The notes under the pieces are model-generated. The model was not told the DNA's origin. It saw only the letters and a program-made list of their open reading frames with translations, and searched no databases. 64,000 nucleotides of DNA from Spirochaetia bacterium (lineage in GTDB: Bacteria > Spirochaetota > Spirochaetia > DSM-2461). Positions within the stretch are counted from its first letter, which is position 1, and every line of letters starts with the position of its first letter. The stretch is taken from assembly GCA_963666985.2 (NCBI GenBank), contig CAXXIA010000002.1, forward strand, positions 1,216,001 to 1,280,000, in the 5' to 3' direction. This document shows, one piece after another, positions 39,794 through 49,602 of the stretch. Position numbers and translations under genes: made by a program.

Positions 39794-41332
39794 TTATCGA
39801 AGCCTTTTAACTCTTGGATCAATCATGGCGGCGGCCTTTCTGGCGCCCTTCATTACTCCGAGTACGCCGCCGCCGCTTTCACTCTGAGAACCGATGAACC
39901 AGAGATTGTTTACAGGAGTTCGAAAAGAAGGATTTTCGTTTCCCATAACCGGCGCGATACCGCCAAAGGAATGGTGACGCTGATGAACTCGCTTCTGAAA
40001 ATCTTCCGGCGTAAGAATCACCCGTTCAACAGTCCCCTTTTTAAGACCGGGGATATATCGTTCGGCTTCCAGAATCAGTTTGTCCGCAAGTTCTTCCCGG
40101 CGATCATTCCAGTTCCCCCCATTCAGTGTATTGGGAGCGATTGTATAAACGGTAACCGCATGCATCCCCTCGGGCGCCATTGCTGGAGAATGGTGCGAAG
40201 GCACATAAATTAAAAAGCCCTCTTTTCCTTCGTGATATGTCCCATTACGGCAGTCCTGAACGGCTTGTTCGACATCATGGGTACCATAATAATAACAGAG
40301 TGCCGATTTCTGGAAAGTGCAAGGATCAAAATTCACACCAAGATGAACCATGAAAACAGATTCCATTTGCACCTGACCGTCAATCTTTTGACGATATTCA
40401 GGCGTAAGGTATTCACTTCCAAGAAGATCGTAAAAAACCTCCCTGGCTCCGCCCGTAGCAATCACACAATCAGCATCCACGCGATACCCGTCATTCAAAA
40501 CAACGCCCGCCGCCTGATTCTTTTCAACGATGATTTTTTTTACGGGAGCCGAAACGGTAATCACTCCGCCGTTCTCTTCAATCACACCTCCGACCGCGTC
40601 CACCAGTGTTGAACACCCTTTTGTAATGAATCGATACTCCGGACGAGAACCGACTCCGGCATAATTATTGGGAATTCGTGAATCAAAAGCCGATTCAATA
40701 TTAAATGCCGGAACTCCGAGTCCGGGGAATTCACTGGGCTTCACGACAAGATCCGCCAGAATACCGGTAAAAACGGCTTTCAGTTCCGGCCTCGTAAAGA
40801 AGGAATCAACCACATCCGCGGCCGACCGGTCCTTCATTTTCTTCAAAGGCAGAAAACGCAGCATCATTCTCAAGAGAGTTATACCGCGCTCAACTCCCTT
40901 CTGAAGATCACTCCTCTGCCCCAGAACCATCAGATTCATCAGCTTTTCATAAAATTCATAATACAAATCCAGCCCTTTCGCATCTTCGGGAAAAAGCCGC
41001 TTCAGTCTTTCTCGGCGCCAATAAGGACCTTCATATTCATCCGGCTTCCAGAGACTGAAATCCGGAAAAACAATCCCCCGGTCCCGAGGCGGTGTTACAA
41101 AACCGCCGGGACATCCGAGTTCCTTCAGGATCTTAGTCCCCATATCTTGAGCTCCCCATCCCTCAAGAAGCAAAGGACCCAAGTCCCATCCGAAACCCTT
41201 ATGCCGGAGAGTCGCGGTCACCCCTCCTCTCTCATGAAATTGTTCAAAAACTTCAACCTTGTGTCCCATTCGGGATAAATAGGCTCCCGCGGTTAACCCG
41301 GACATTCCCGAGCCGATGATAACGACATTCAT
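39794..41332 (-). CDS. Phytoene desaturase (CrtI)-like NAD(P)/FAD-dependent oxidoreductase
   Basis: Motifs VVIIGSGMSGLTAG, EQ..RGG, WDLGP, APEG, TPEDF and RTPVNNLWFIG...GGGV. Confidence 0.85.
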   Translation of the reverse strand: MNVVIIGSGMSGLTAGAYLSRMGHKVEVFEQFHERGGVTATLRHKGFGWDLGPLLLEGWGAQDMGTKILKELGCPGGFVTPPRDRGIVFPDFSLWKPDEYEGPYWRRERLKRLFPEDAKGLDLYYEFYEKLMNLMVLGQRSDLQKGVERGITLLRMMLRFLPLKKMKDRSAADVVDSFFTRPELKAVFTGILADLVVKPSEFPGLGVPAFNIESAFDSRIPNNYAGVGSRPEYRFITKGCSTLVDAVGGVIEENGGVITVSAPVKKIIVEKNQAAGVVLNDGYRVDADCVIATGGAREVFYDLLGSEYLTPEYRQKIDGQVQMESVFMVHLGVNFDPCTFQKSALCYYYGTHDVEQAVQDCRNGTYHEGKEGFLIYVPSHHSPAMAPEGMHAVTVYTIAPNTLNGGNWNDRREELADKLILEAERYIPGLKKGTVERVILTPEDFQKRVHQRHHSFGGIAPVMGNENPSFRTPVNNLWFIGSQSESGGGVLGVMKGARKAAAMIDPRVKRLR

Positions 41333-41565
41333 GATTCTCTCCGGTCTTCAAAAACTGTTTTGATAAAATCATCATAACGTAAAAAATTACAGGTTAAATA
41401 TTTATTTTCACACAAGAAAGCATTTCAGAATATCGAGCCAGCAGCCGCACCGGAATTGATCAATACAATTCCGGAAACCCGTTCACTAAAACAGATTCCG
41501 TCCGGAAGTACGCGAATTCCCCATAATCCTTTCCCGAGCATCCCCGATGTACGATAATAAAAACC

Positions 41566-41805
41566 ATGAAAAAAACCGATAACGAAGAATACGAAGCCGT
41601 CCAGGTTCTGCAGAATCTTGTTGAAGCGAATCTTATGGAGCAGCTGCTGAATGAAGAGGACATTCCCTTTTTCATCCGTGAATGGCATGATGTCAACACC
41701 GAAGGGAGTTGGATAGAAAAAGAAGGTTGGGGATGGATTCTCGGGAGAAAGATTGACGAAGAGAGGATTCGGACGTTATACAGTGAACGAATCGTGAGTG
41801 AATAA
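41566..41805 (+). CDS. Small DUF2007-like protein
   Basis: NLVEANLMEQLLNEEDIPFFIR...GWG pattern typical of DUF2007. Confidence 0.65.
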   Translation: MKKTDNEEYEAVQVLQNLVEANLMEQLLNEEDIPFFIREWHDVNTEGSWIEKEGWGWILGRKIDEERIRTLYSERIVSE

Positions 41806-42033
41806 CCGGCGTTAAAGAAATGAGGGACTCGGTAACCCGAAAACCACCTCAACCCAAAGGCTCGAAAGCGCCGCGAATCTTTAATACAGCCGCCCGCAGA
41901 GAACCCGCCTGAAAGAAGAAGAAATCACGGGCGGCTGTGGTACGGGAAACCAAAATCTTCGACGCCCGCAAACAATGCCGGATCCGCTGCAGGCGGTCCG
42001 CATTACCCGTACCCCGCTCATAAAGGAGACCAC

Positions 42034-42405
42034 ATGAAATTCCTAGGGAACCTCATCTGGCTGATCTTCGGCGGCTTCATCGGAGCCGCTGCCTGGGCCT
42101 TTGCCGGACTCATCCTCTGCATCACGGTCATCGGCATCCCGTTCGGGATTCAGGCCTTCAAAATCTCCTCCTTCGCCCTCTGGCCCTTCGGCAGGGAGGT
42201 TGAAGTCGGAGAATTCGGAGCCGGCGGGGCAATCGGCAACGTTATCTGGATTCTACTCTTCGGCTGGGAGCTGGCCCTTGGGCATCTTATCATCGCCCTT
42301 GTCTTCTTCATCACCATCATCGGGATTCCCTTCGCCGGGCAGCACATCAAGCTCGCCCGCCTGTCCCTCATCCCCTTCGGTGCTGAAATCCGCTCCGCCG
42401 GCTAG
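42034..42405 (+). CDS. yccF: YccF domain inner-membrane protein
   Basis: Duplicated GNxIWxxxGG...TIIGIPF...PFG motif. SD AAGGAG. Confidence 0.9.
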   Translation: MKFLGNLIWLIFGGFIGAAAWAFAGLILCITVIGIPFGIQAFKISSFALWPFGREVEVGEFGAGGAIGNVIWILLFGWELALGHLIIALVFFITIIGIPFAGQHIKLARLSLIPFGAEIRSAG

Positions 42406-43770
42406 TCCGGCCATCTTGCCGGAAGTCCCGGCGGAATCCCCGGACAGAACTTTCCCGCCTCCGTACCAGTCCGTCTTTCGGGTTAAAAACATCACCAATC
42501 CCAGCATCACGAAAAGACCGATGGACCCGATAAGCAGCGCATAATCCTCCGACTTCAATGTTATCCAAAGCCACACATACGCCGCGGCCAGAACACCCGT
42601 CATAACCAGGGCGGAAACCCATCGCCGCGTCACGCTTCCGGAATACAAGGAAATAAGAACCGTCACCCCCGCCGCGGCCAGAAGATACGCCGCATCAAAA
42701 GCCATTTGCTCCGAAACGGCAAGGAGCAGAAGGTAGAACACCACATCGGCCGCTCCCGCCAGCAAGTACTGCACCGGGTGAATGCGAATCCGGCCGAGAG
42801 TCTCGAAGAGGAAAAAGACCACAAACGGAATCAGCAGGAACAAAGCACCATACTTCACCGACCGCTCCGCCCTCGCGTACGCGCTCACCGGTTCAAGAAG
42901 CTCAACCGACAACGCATAAGCCTCAAGTCCGGTATCGTTCCCGCCGGAGGTTACCCAGCGGGAGCGAATCGGCCGGCTCACCTCGGGAATCCTCCAGCGT
43001 GCCTGAAAACCTGATTCATCCCACTCCCGTTCATCCGGCAGCACCGAACCGCCGAAAGAAGGCGACGGCCAATCACCCTCAAGAAAGAGTTCCGCGTTCC
43101 TCGCCAGCGGCGCAACCGAAACCGAACCCCCGCCGCCGATTTCCATGTTCCAGTCGAAATCCACCCTTTCCCCGGCGGCCGAAAGCGCCCCCACCGAAGC
43201 GCCGATCCCCGCCCCAACGCCCGAATCATCCCCGGCATTCGGATGAAACTCAATTCCCGATTCGCCCCACCGCAGCTCCGAAACCTCCCGAATCCCCCTC
43301 ATGTCGGCAATACCCACAACCAAACGATTCTCGCCGGCAAGAGGAAGCGCACCGTCCGGATAAGCATCCCTGCCCGGAATCGTAAAAAACCCCTTCGCCC
43401 TCAGATGAGCCGCGTACACCGGAACCCGATAAATCCCGCGATACCGGTATTCCACGTCAAGATCACCGCTCACAAGCACATCCTCCGGCAGCACGCAGAG
43501 CGACCCCCGCCTCTTAACAACAACACGCTCGCCGTCTCGATACTCCACCACATCCTCGACAAAAGGCAGCACCAGAAGAGGTCCCACCATCTCCAGCGAA
43601 CCTCCCGCCCCCGCGATAATTTCATTTTGAGTCTCCCTCGCCCGCCCCTGACGCTCGTAAACCAGCGACTTAATCAACCCCAGCGGAATCAGCAAAAGGA
43701 GCAGCAGCACGATAATAATTGCTGCCTTCAACCCGTTCTTAAAACCGTTCTTCCCCGTAACACCATTCAT
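42253..43770 (-). CDS. creD: Cell envelope integrity inner-membrane protein CreD, with an acidic C-terminal extension
   Basis: Motifs RYRGIYRVPVY, WPSPSFGG..LP, GFQARW, RSVKYGALF, IHPVQYLL, EDYALLIGS and TRKTDWY. Confidence 0.9.
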   Translation of the reverse strand: MNGVTGKNGFKNGLKAAIIIVLLLLLLIPLGLIKSLVYERQGRARETQNEIIAGAGGSLEMVGPLLVLPFVEDVVEYRDGERVVVKRRGSLCVLPEDVLVSGDLDVEYRYRGIYRVPVYAAHLRAKGFFTIPGRDAYPDGALPLAGENRLVVGIADMRGIREVSELRWGESGIEFHPNAGDDSGVGAGIGASVGALSAAGERVDFDWNMEIGGGGSVSVAPLARNAELFLEGDWPSPSFGGSVLPDEREWDESGFQARWRIPEVSRPIRSRWVTSGGNDTGLEAYALSVELLEPVSAYARAERSVKYGALFLLIPFVVFFLFETLGRIRIHPVQYLLAGAADVVFYLLLLAVSEQMAFDAAYLLAAAGVTVLISLYSGSVTRRWVSALVMTGVLAAAYVWLWITLKSEDYALLIGSIGLFVMLGLVMFLTRKTDWYGGGKVLSGDSAGTSGKMAGLAGGADFSTEGDEGQAGELDVLPGEGNPDDGDEEDKGDDKMPKGQLPAEE

Positions 43771-44273
43771 TTTTCACCTCTCTTCTTTTTGTTGTTGACC
43801 CCCGAAGCCCAACCTAACAGCCGCTCCGGCATCGCAAGCACCCGGCATCCCGATACCGCCGAAAACTCTATCCTCATCACCCTACCCGCCGATGCTTATC
43901 CCGGCGGACCGAACGGCACCGCAAATCCCCGCCGCCCGGCACACAACCGAGGCGGCGGGAATCCGGCCGTCAGCAGGCGCCGCTCACGCCCGAACTCGGC
44001 GGCGGCCGAAAAACCGGCTACACCCGGCACTCAGCACACCGCCGCCGGGCAGGAACTCACCTGCGCCGAAACCTGGCGGCACCCCAGACGCAGCCGAAAT
44101 ACCGGCAATTCGTACCTCTCGGCGGGAATCCGACCGCCCGGTGATCAACCTGCTCCACCCTACCCCCCTCCCGTGGCGGCTCTCGGGCCCGAATCCGGCA
44201 AAATACGGGCGAAGTCCGGTCGGCCTTCCGGTAATCCCGGACCGATTCGGGCGGTCATGTTAAAATGGAAGCC

Positions 44274-44960
44274 ATGAAGCATATTGCCATCGTCGACGAC
44301 GAAGCCGCTCTGCGGGAAAACCTCAGTTTCGCTCTGGATCGGGAAGGTTACAAAGTGTCGGTTTATCCCAACGGCGAAGAAGCCTGGACGGCCCGCTCGA
44401 CTGAGAAACCGGACCTCTACATTCTGGATATCCTGATGCCGAGAATGGACGGATTGGAATTCTGCCGCCGTCTTCGCCGCGAGGATGTCCGAACACCGAT
44501 CATCTTTCTCTCATCCCGTGATGAAGAACTCGACCGCGTTCTCGGATTGGAAACAGGAGGCGACGACTACATCGGAAAACCCTTCAGCGTCCGGGAACTT
44601 CTGGCCCGCATCAAAGCGGTCCTGCGCCGCGCCGACGGAGAAGAGCGCAGTGAGCCGCCCATTACGGCGGGCCCTCTGGTGCTGAATTCCGATTCCTATA
44701 AAGCCTCATGGAACGGAAAGGAACTTGTCTTTACATTAAGTGAATACCGTCTTCTCTCGGAACTGGCCCGTTCTCCCGGAACCGTCAGAACACGTTCGGC
44801 TCTCTATTCCTCGGCCTTCCCTGAAGATCAGTTCATCAACGAACGGGCGGTGGACAGCCACATAAAACGAATCCGACGCAAACTTGAAGACGCCGGAGCG
44901 TCCAAAAACATTCTTGAAACGGTCTACGGACTTGGCTACAGGCTGGAAATCGACACTTGA
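44274..44960 (+). CDS. OmpR-family response regulator (ChvI/CreB-like)
   Basis: Motifs IVDDE, LDILMP, GGDDYIGKPFS, RAVDSHIKRIRRK and TVYGLGY. Confidence 0.92.
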   Translation: MKHIAIVDDEAALRENLSFALDREGYKVSVYPNGEEAWTARSTEKPDLYILDILMPRMDGLEFCRRLRREDVRTPIIFLSSRDEELDRVLGLETGGDDYIGKPFSVRELLARIKAVLRRADGEERSEPPITAGPLVLNSDSYKASWNGKELVFTLSEYRLLSELARSPGTVRTRSALYSSAFPEDQFINERAVDSHIKRIRRKLEDAGASKNILETVYGLGYRLEIDT

Positions 44961-46564
44961 AAGGACTCACCGCCAGGCTGCTCATCTTCAACCTCCTGCT
45001 CGCCGTTTTTCCAATCGGGGCGGTGCTGTTTCTCGGAACCTATGAATCACAGCTTTTGGAAAGCCAGGAACGGGCCATGGTGCAGCAGGGAAGGCTTTTG
45101 GCCTCGGCGCTTGTCGGTCACGATCTGGCCGTGGAAGCCTCGGCCATCCTCGGCCGTCTCGGTGGAAGAACCGATTCCCGGCTTCGAGTGGTTAACATCG
45201 AAGGCCGGCTGATTGCCGACTCCTCCAGGCCGACTTCCGATAAACAGAATTCCGAAACCGGCGGCGGCGATAAGCCGAAACGAGTCTCCCAAAACGACGA
45301 TTCAAGGATCATCAAACAGCTACAGGAGCAAACCGGATCAATCAGCTATCCGGAAGAGAGCGTCATCTATAACATAGGAGCTCTTCCCGCTCGGCTTTTC
45401 CGAAATCTTATCGGCTACTTCCGTCCTCCCGAAGACGCCAAGGGCGATGCCGAATACTACAGCGGCCGCGATGTTCTCGACGGACCGGAAATCGCCGCGG
45501 CTCTGAACGGACGGTACGGCGCGGCAACGAGAATATCCGCCGAACAGAGATCGGTTACCCTTTACTCGGCCATCCCCATACTCGCCGGGGAGGAAGTCAT
45601 CGGCGCGGTTCTCGTTTCACGCTCCTCCATAGGCATCCTCTCCGACCTTTACCAGCTTCGCCTGGACATCATGAAAATATTTCTCTTCAGCGTCGGCGCC
45701 GCCGTCGTTCTTTCCATCATGCTGGCGCGAACCGTTACCGGTCCCGTGGGCCGACTGCGCAACCAGGCCGAAAGCCTTCTGGACGAACGGGGCAAACTTC
45801 AGGACCGCTTCAAGCCCCTCTCGGGCCGGGATGAAGTGGCCGACCTTTCCCGGGCTCTCTACCGGCTCTCCTCCAGGCTGCAGGAACGAACCGATCATCT
45901 GGAACAGTTCATCGCCGACCTGGTGCATGAAATGAAAAATCCCGTAGCGGGAATCTTAAGCGCCGCAGAGCTTGCGGGCTCGGTGGCGAATCAGGAATCC
46001 ATACGGTTTCTTTCGGTTATTAATCGCGAAGGCCGGCGTATCCAGCGGCTTCTGGACGACCTGAAGGAACTCATCAGCGTGGATGTCCGTCTTGACAGCG
46101 GACGGAACACAACCGTCGATTTAACCTCTTTTCTCGGCAGTATCGTCTCGGTCTACCCTTTGAATCAAACACCCGGAATTAAGCTGGAGCTGAACGCCGA
46201 AACCGATTCGCCCGTTCTTGTGATTGCCGATCAGGATCGGCTCGCCCAGGCCGTACTGAACCTTGTGGACAACGCCGTTTCCTTTTCGCCGGAAGGCGGC
46301 ATCGTGGAAATAGGACTGGAAGAGTCGGACGGACGCGCCAGAATCAGCATCGCGGACAGAGGGCCGGGTTTTCCTCCGGAAACCGAGGAGAAAATTTTTG
46401 AACGATGGTATACGGACAGGCCCGATAGCGAAGCGGCCGGCCATACCGGATTAGGGCTGGCCATTGTTAAAGGAATCACGGAAGGCTACGGAGGCAAAGT
46501 CACGGCGGCGCATCGTGAAGGCGGCGGTGCCCTGTTTATTCTGGAACTCCCGGCCGAAGGCTGA
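44957..46564 (+). CDS. Sensor histidine kinase (ChvG/CreC-like)
   Basis: TM-periplasmic-TM, HAMP ([11 protein letters not shown]), H-box [26 protein letters not shown] and HTGLGLAI. Confidence 0.92.
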   Translation: MKGLTARLLIFNLLLAVFPIGAVLFLGTYESQLLESQERAMVQQGRLLASALVGHDLAVEASAILGRLGGRTDSRLRVVNIEGRLIADSSRPTSDKQNSETGGGDKPKRVSQNDDSRIIKQLQEQTGSISYPEESVIYNIGALPARLFRNLIGYFRPPEDAKGDAEYYSGRDVLDGPEIAAALNGRYGAATRISAEQRSVTLYSAIPILAGEEVIGAVLVSRSSIGILSDLYQLRLDIMKIFLFSVGAAVVLSIMLARTVTGPVGRLRNQAESLLDERGKLQDRFKPLSGRDEVADLSRALYRLSSRLQERTDHLEQFIADLVHEMKNPVAGILSAAELAGSVANQESIRFLSVINREGRRIQRLLDDLKELISVDVRLDSGRNTTVDLTSFLGSIVSVYPLNQTPGIKLELNAETDSPVLVIADQDRLAQAVLNLVDNAVSFSPEGGIVEIGLEESDGRARISIADRGPGFPPETEEKIFERWYTDRPDSEAAGHTGLGLAIVKGITEGYGGKVTAAHREGGGALFILELPAEG

Positions 46565-46568
46565 AGGT

Positions 46569-47288
46569 ATGAACGAAAACAACGAAAGAAGAATCAGGCT
46601 TCATCCAAGCTGGCTGACACGGCTCTCGGAAGAATTCGAAGAATTCTACATGCAGGAACTCCGAAGCTTTCTCTTAGCCGAAAAACACGCCGGGAAGGAA
46701 ATTTATCCGGCGGGCGACCGCATATTCGCGGCTCTGAATCATACGCCCTTTGAAGAGATTAAAGTGGTTATCCTGGGGCAGGATCCCTACCATGGCCCGG
46801 GACAAGCGCACGGACTTTGTTTTTCCGTCCTTCCCGGCGTCCCTATTCCGCCGTCGCTCGTCAATATTTATAAAGAACTCGCCTCGGATCTGGGCATCCC
46901 TCCCGCGAACCACGGCTACCTGCGCTCCTGGGCGGAACAGGGCGTTCTTATGCTGAATTCGGTTCTCACTGTGGAAAAAAACAAAGCCGCGTCGCATCGC
47001 AACCGGGGCTGGGAAACATTTACCGACCGCATCGCGCGCATCGTGGACGCCGAGCACAGCGGCGTGGCTTTCGTGCTCTGGGGATCGTACGCGCAGAAAA
47101 AAGGGGCGTTCATCGACAGATCCAAGCACCTTGTTCTGGAATCTCCCCATCCCTCCCCTCTTTCGGCTTCCCGAGGCTTTTTCGGCACAAAACCGTTCTC
47201 TACGGTGAACGCCTGGCTCGAACGGCAGGGCAAGGAACCCGTGGACTGGAAACTCCCGGAACATCCCGCCGTACCCGGGGGAGGTTAG
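46569..47288 (+). CDS. ung: Uracil-DNA glycosylase
   Basis: Motifs [24 protein letters not shown] and HPSPLS. Confidence 0.97.
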   Translation: MNENNERRIRLHPSWLTRLSEEFEEFYMQELRSFLLAEKHAGKEIYPAGDRIFAALNHTPFEEIKVVILGQDPYHGPGQAHGLCFSVLPGVPIPPSLVNIYKELASDLGIPPANHGYLRSWAEQGVLMLNSVLTVEKNKAASHRNRGWETFTDRIARIVDAEHSGVAFVLWGSYAQKKGAFIDRSKHLVLESPHPSPLSASRGFFGTKPFSTVNAWLERQGKEPVDWKLPEHPAVPGGG

Positions 47289-47334
47289 GGATCTTTACCA
47301 AAATCCCAAAACCGCTTCAGACCGCCGCCTCTGA

Positions 47335-48099
47335 TTAAGGCCCCTCAATCAGCAAAGTTACCTCTCCGCTCCCGCCAACCTCAATGAAGGCGGCGGAACC
47401 GTTCTCCGTACATAAAAAGGCATGCGTTCCAACGCCGATATCTCCGTTCCATCCGTCCGCTCCGGCCTCCAAGGGTTCCGATGGCAGGTATTCGGAATAC
47501 CATGTTCCGTGCGGCAGCGGAATCGCCGCTTCAACAAGAGAAGAAAGACGAAAACTGTAAATCCAAAGACTGCCGTCCGCGAGATTCCCGCCAAGCTTCC
47601 TTTGGTCGATATCCCAAGGCCTGTTTTCTCCGCGCTCTCCGACGGCATCGCGAAACCGGCCGATATTGATTGATTCCGGATTAATACCGGCTTCGGCGAG
47701 ATTGAGAAGATACCACGCGGAAAAGCCGTCTTCCCAGGTTAATTGAATCTCTTCGGCGGATAATTCGCTTATCGCCGCCACGGCTCCCGCAGGCTTGATT
47801 CTCCAGAGCATCGGATACCGTTCGCTTTCCGGCTGAGCGGATACCAAAATCGGCCGTTCCTTGGGAAGAGAAAGCGTAACGGAATCCGAGGAAGAAACGG
47901 TTCTTCGACATACCCCGTCTCCGCTCAGCCATGAAATCGTCCAGACTTCGGGCTCGTCGATACCCGAACCGGTAAAATTGAACTTCGGAAAAACAACAGT
48001 AACCGGATACCGGGAGGAAAAAATCCCGCATCCGGCCGTGAGAACGGCGGCGAAGAATACGGCGAGAAGAAAAGAGAATCGATTCAATAAGCGATTCAT
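47335..48099 (-). CDS. Hypothetical lipoprotein
   Basis: Signal peptide with lipobox TAGC; fills the gap between flanking genes. Confidence 0.7.
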   Translation of the reverse strand: MNRLLNRFSFLLAVFFAAVLTAGCGIFSSRYPVTVVFPKFNFTGSGIDEPEVWTISWLSGDGVCRRTVSSSDSVTLSLPKERPILVSAQPESERYPMLWRIKPAGAVAAISELSAEEIQLTWEDGFSAWYLLNLAEAGINPESINIGRFRDAVGERGENRPWDIDQRKLGGNLADGSLWIYSFRLSSLVEAAIPLPHGTWYSEYLPSEPLEAGADGWNGDIGVGTHAFLCTENGSAAFIEVGGSGEVTLLIEGP

Positions 48100-48171
48100 A
48101 CAATTCCATAACCGCGCAAACGCTCAGTTCTCTTGAGCGACAATAGAGGAAATATAGTATGATAAACCGAA

Positions 48172-49590
48172 ATGTCCGATATAAATGAATTTCAGAGTCA
48201 ATTAAGCGGCGCGCTCTCAGCGAAATCCGAGCAACTTGAAAGAACCGACATTCCCAAACTCAGGAAGCATCTCCAGGAGTTCGAAGCCGGTGTTTCGACA
48301 ATGTACAAATTTCTCATCGAAAAAGGATTCCTGCAGAAAGACCCTTACAAGAACGAACATGCCGTAACGAAAATCCATGTTCCCTCCAGCGAGCCGTTTA
48401 CCGACGCCGAGGCCATTTCCGAAATCAGTCTCCGATTCTCCGCTTATGTAAGCCAATGGGAATTCATCGTTAATATATTTGACGCCAGTCTCTCCAACCT
48501 CAGCCTGAAAAAAGTGAAACGTCTTCTGGAACTTATCGAATGGATTCGTTGGACCGATTTCTCTCCAAATTCTCCATTCCAGATTACACGGGCCGTAGCG
48601 GATACCGTAGGCAAGATTACGAAAATGAACGATCCCATTGCCGGGAAGATGATCAGCAGCAGCATAACCTTCCTGCGCAACAATTCCAACAACATCAAGG
48701 GAGATCTGAAAGCCATTACGGTTTTCCTGAGGGAACGTTATAAATACAGCCTTAGGGAAGAAGTTCTGAACCGCATGTCCATCAACCCGGAACAGTACCA
48801 CCGGAATCCTCAAAGCATCCTGGATAACGTGAAATTCGAATTTTCGGTCAGACTGAAAGAAGCCGGCTGGTACAAGGAACTCGTTCTGGAAACCCTGGAA
48901 GAAAATTACGGCAAGGATGCGGAATCAAACCGAGCCGCCGTTTTGGAAAAACTCAAGGTCAGCCGGCAGGAAACGAAAAAAAAGAAAAAAACCGGCCCGG
49001 ACGATCGTTTCGTTCTCTACCAAATCATCGATAAAATGGCCAAAGGCGGCGAACCCATGCGAACGGCCATGATGAAGATGAACGAGAATTCCCGAATTAT
49101 CCAGGAACGGAAACGCAGCTTAAGTGAACGCCTCTCCGAAATGTTCTCATCCATCTTCAATAAATCTTCAGCCGGCATCGTTTATGACATCGCCATCAAA
49201 AACAATGCGACCGGGGCGGTCCGCTACGAATCGCTCAACTTCACGACATTCAGCGGTACAACGATGAAGCGCGCCCGGTCTCTTCAGGAACTCCAGGACT
49301 CCCACTCAAACACCTATAAAAACGTCCGCGAAGCGGATTCGGCGAAACTCCTGGACTATATTGAAAAAATCCTCGCGGAGATGAAAAGCATCCACAAAAA
49401 ACTCGAAGGTCTGGAAAATTATTTCCAATCGAATGCCGTACCGGAAACCGTTAAAGACGCCATGAAAACGGTCGGTCTGCCTTTAAAAAACCTGAAGGCC
49501 TCAATTTCCGAGACAATGATCGCGAAGAATCAATACATCTCCCAGAAAGAACAGGAAGCGCAGCTTCGGAAACTCGGAATCGAAGAGTAA
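48172..49590 (+). CDS. Hypothetical alpha-helical protein (probably spirochaete-conserved)
   Basis: 472-aa ORF with natural composition; no recognisable catalytic motif. Confidence 0.75.
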   Translation: MSDINEFQSQLSGALSAKSEQLERTDIPKLRKHLQEFEAGVSTMYKFLIEKGFLQKDPYKNEHAVTKIHVPSSEPFTDAEAISEISLRFSAYVSQWEFIVNIFDASLSNLSLKKVKRLLELIEWIRWTDFSPNSPFQITRAVADTVGKITKMNDPIAGKMISSSITFLRNNSNNIKGDLKAITVFLRERYKYSLREEVLNRMSINPEQYHRNPQSILDNVKFEFSVRLKEAGWYKELVLETLEENYGKDAESNRAAVLEKLKVSRQETKKKKKTGPDDRFVLYQIIDKMAKGGEPMRTAMMKMNENSRIIQERKRSLSERLSEMFSSIFNKSSAGIVYDIAIKNNATGAVRYESLNFTTFSGTTMKRARSLQELQDSHSNTYKNVREADSAKLLDYIEKILAEMKSIHKKLEGLENYFQSNAVPETVKDAMKTVGLPLKNLKASISETMIAKNQYISQKEQEAQLRKLGIEE

Positions 49591-49602
49591 TCGATCACCG
49601 GC

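Noticed and set aside
43243..44277. 344-aa and 123-aa plus-strand ORFs across creD and its spacer
   Set aside because: Pro/Arg-rich low-complexity products explained by the local T-poor, C-rich composition, which depletes stop codons.
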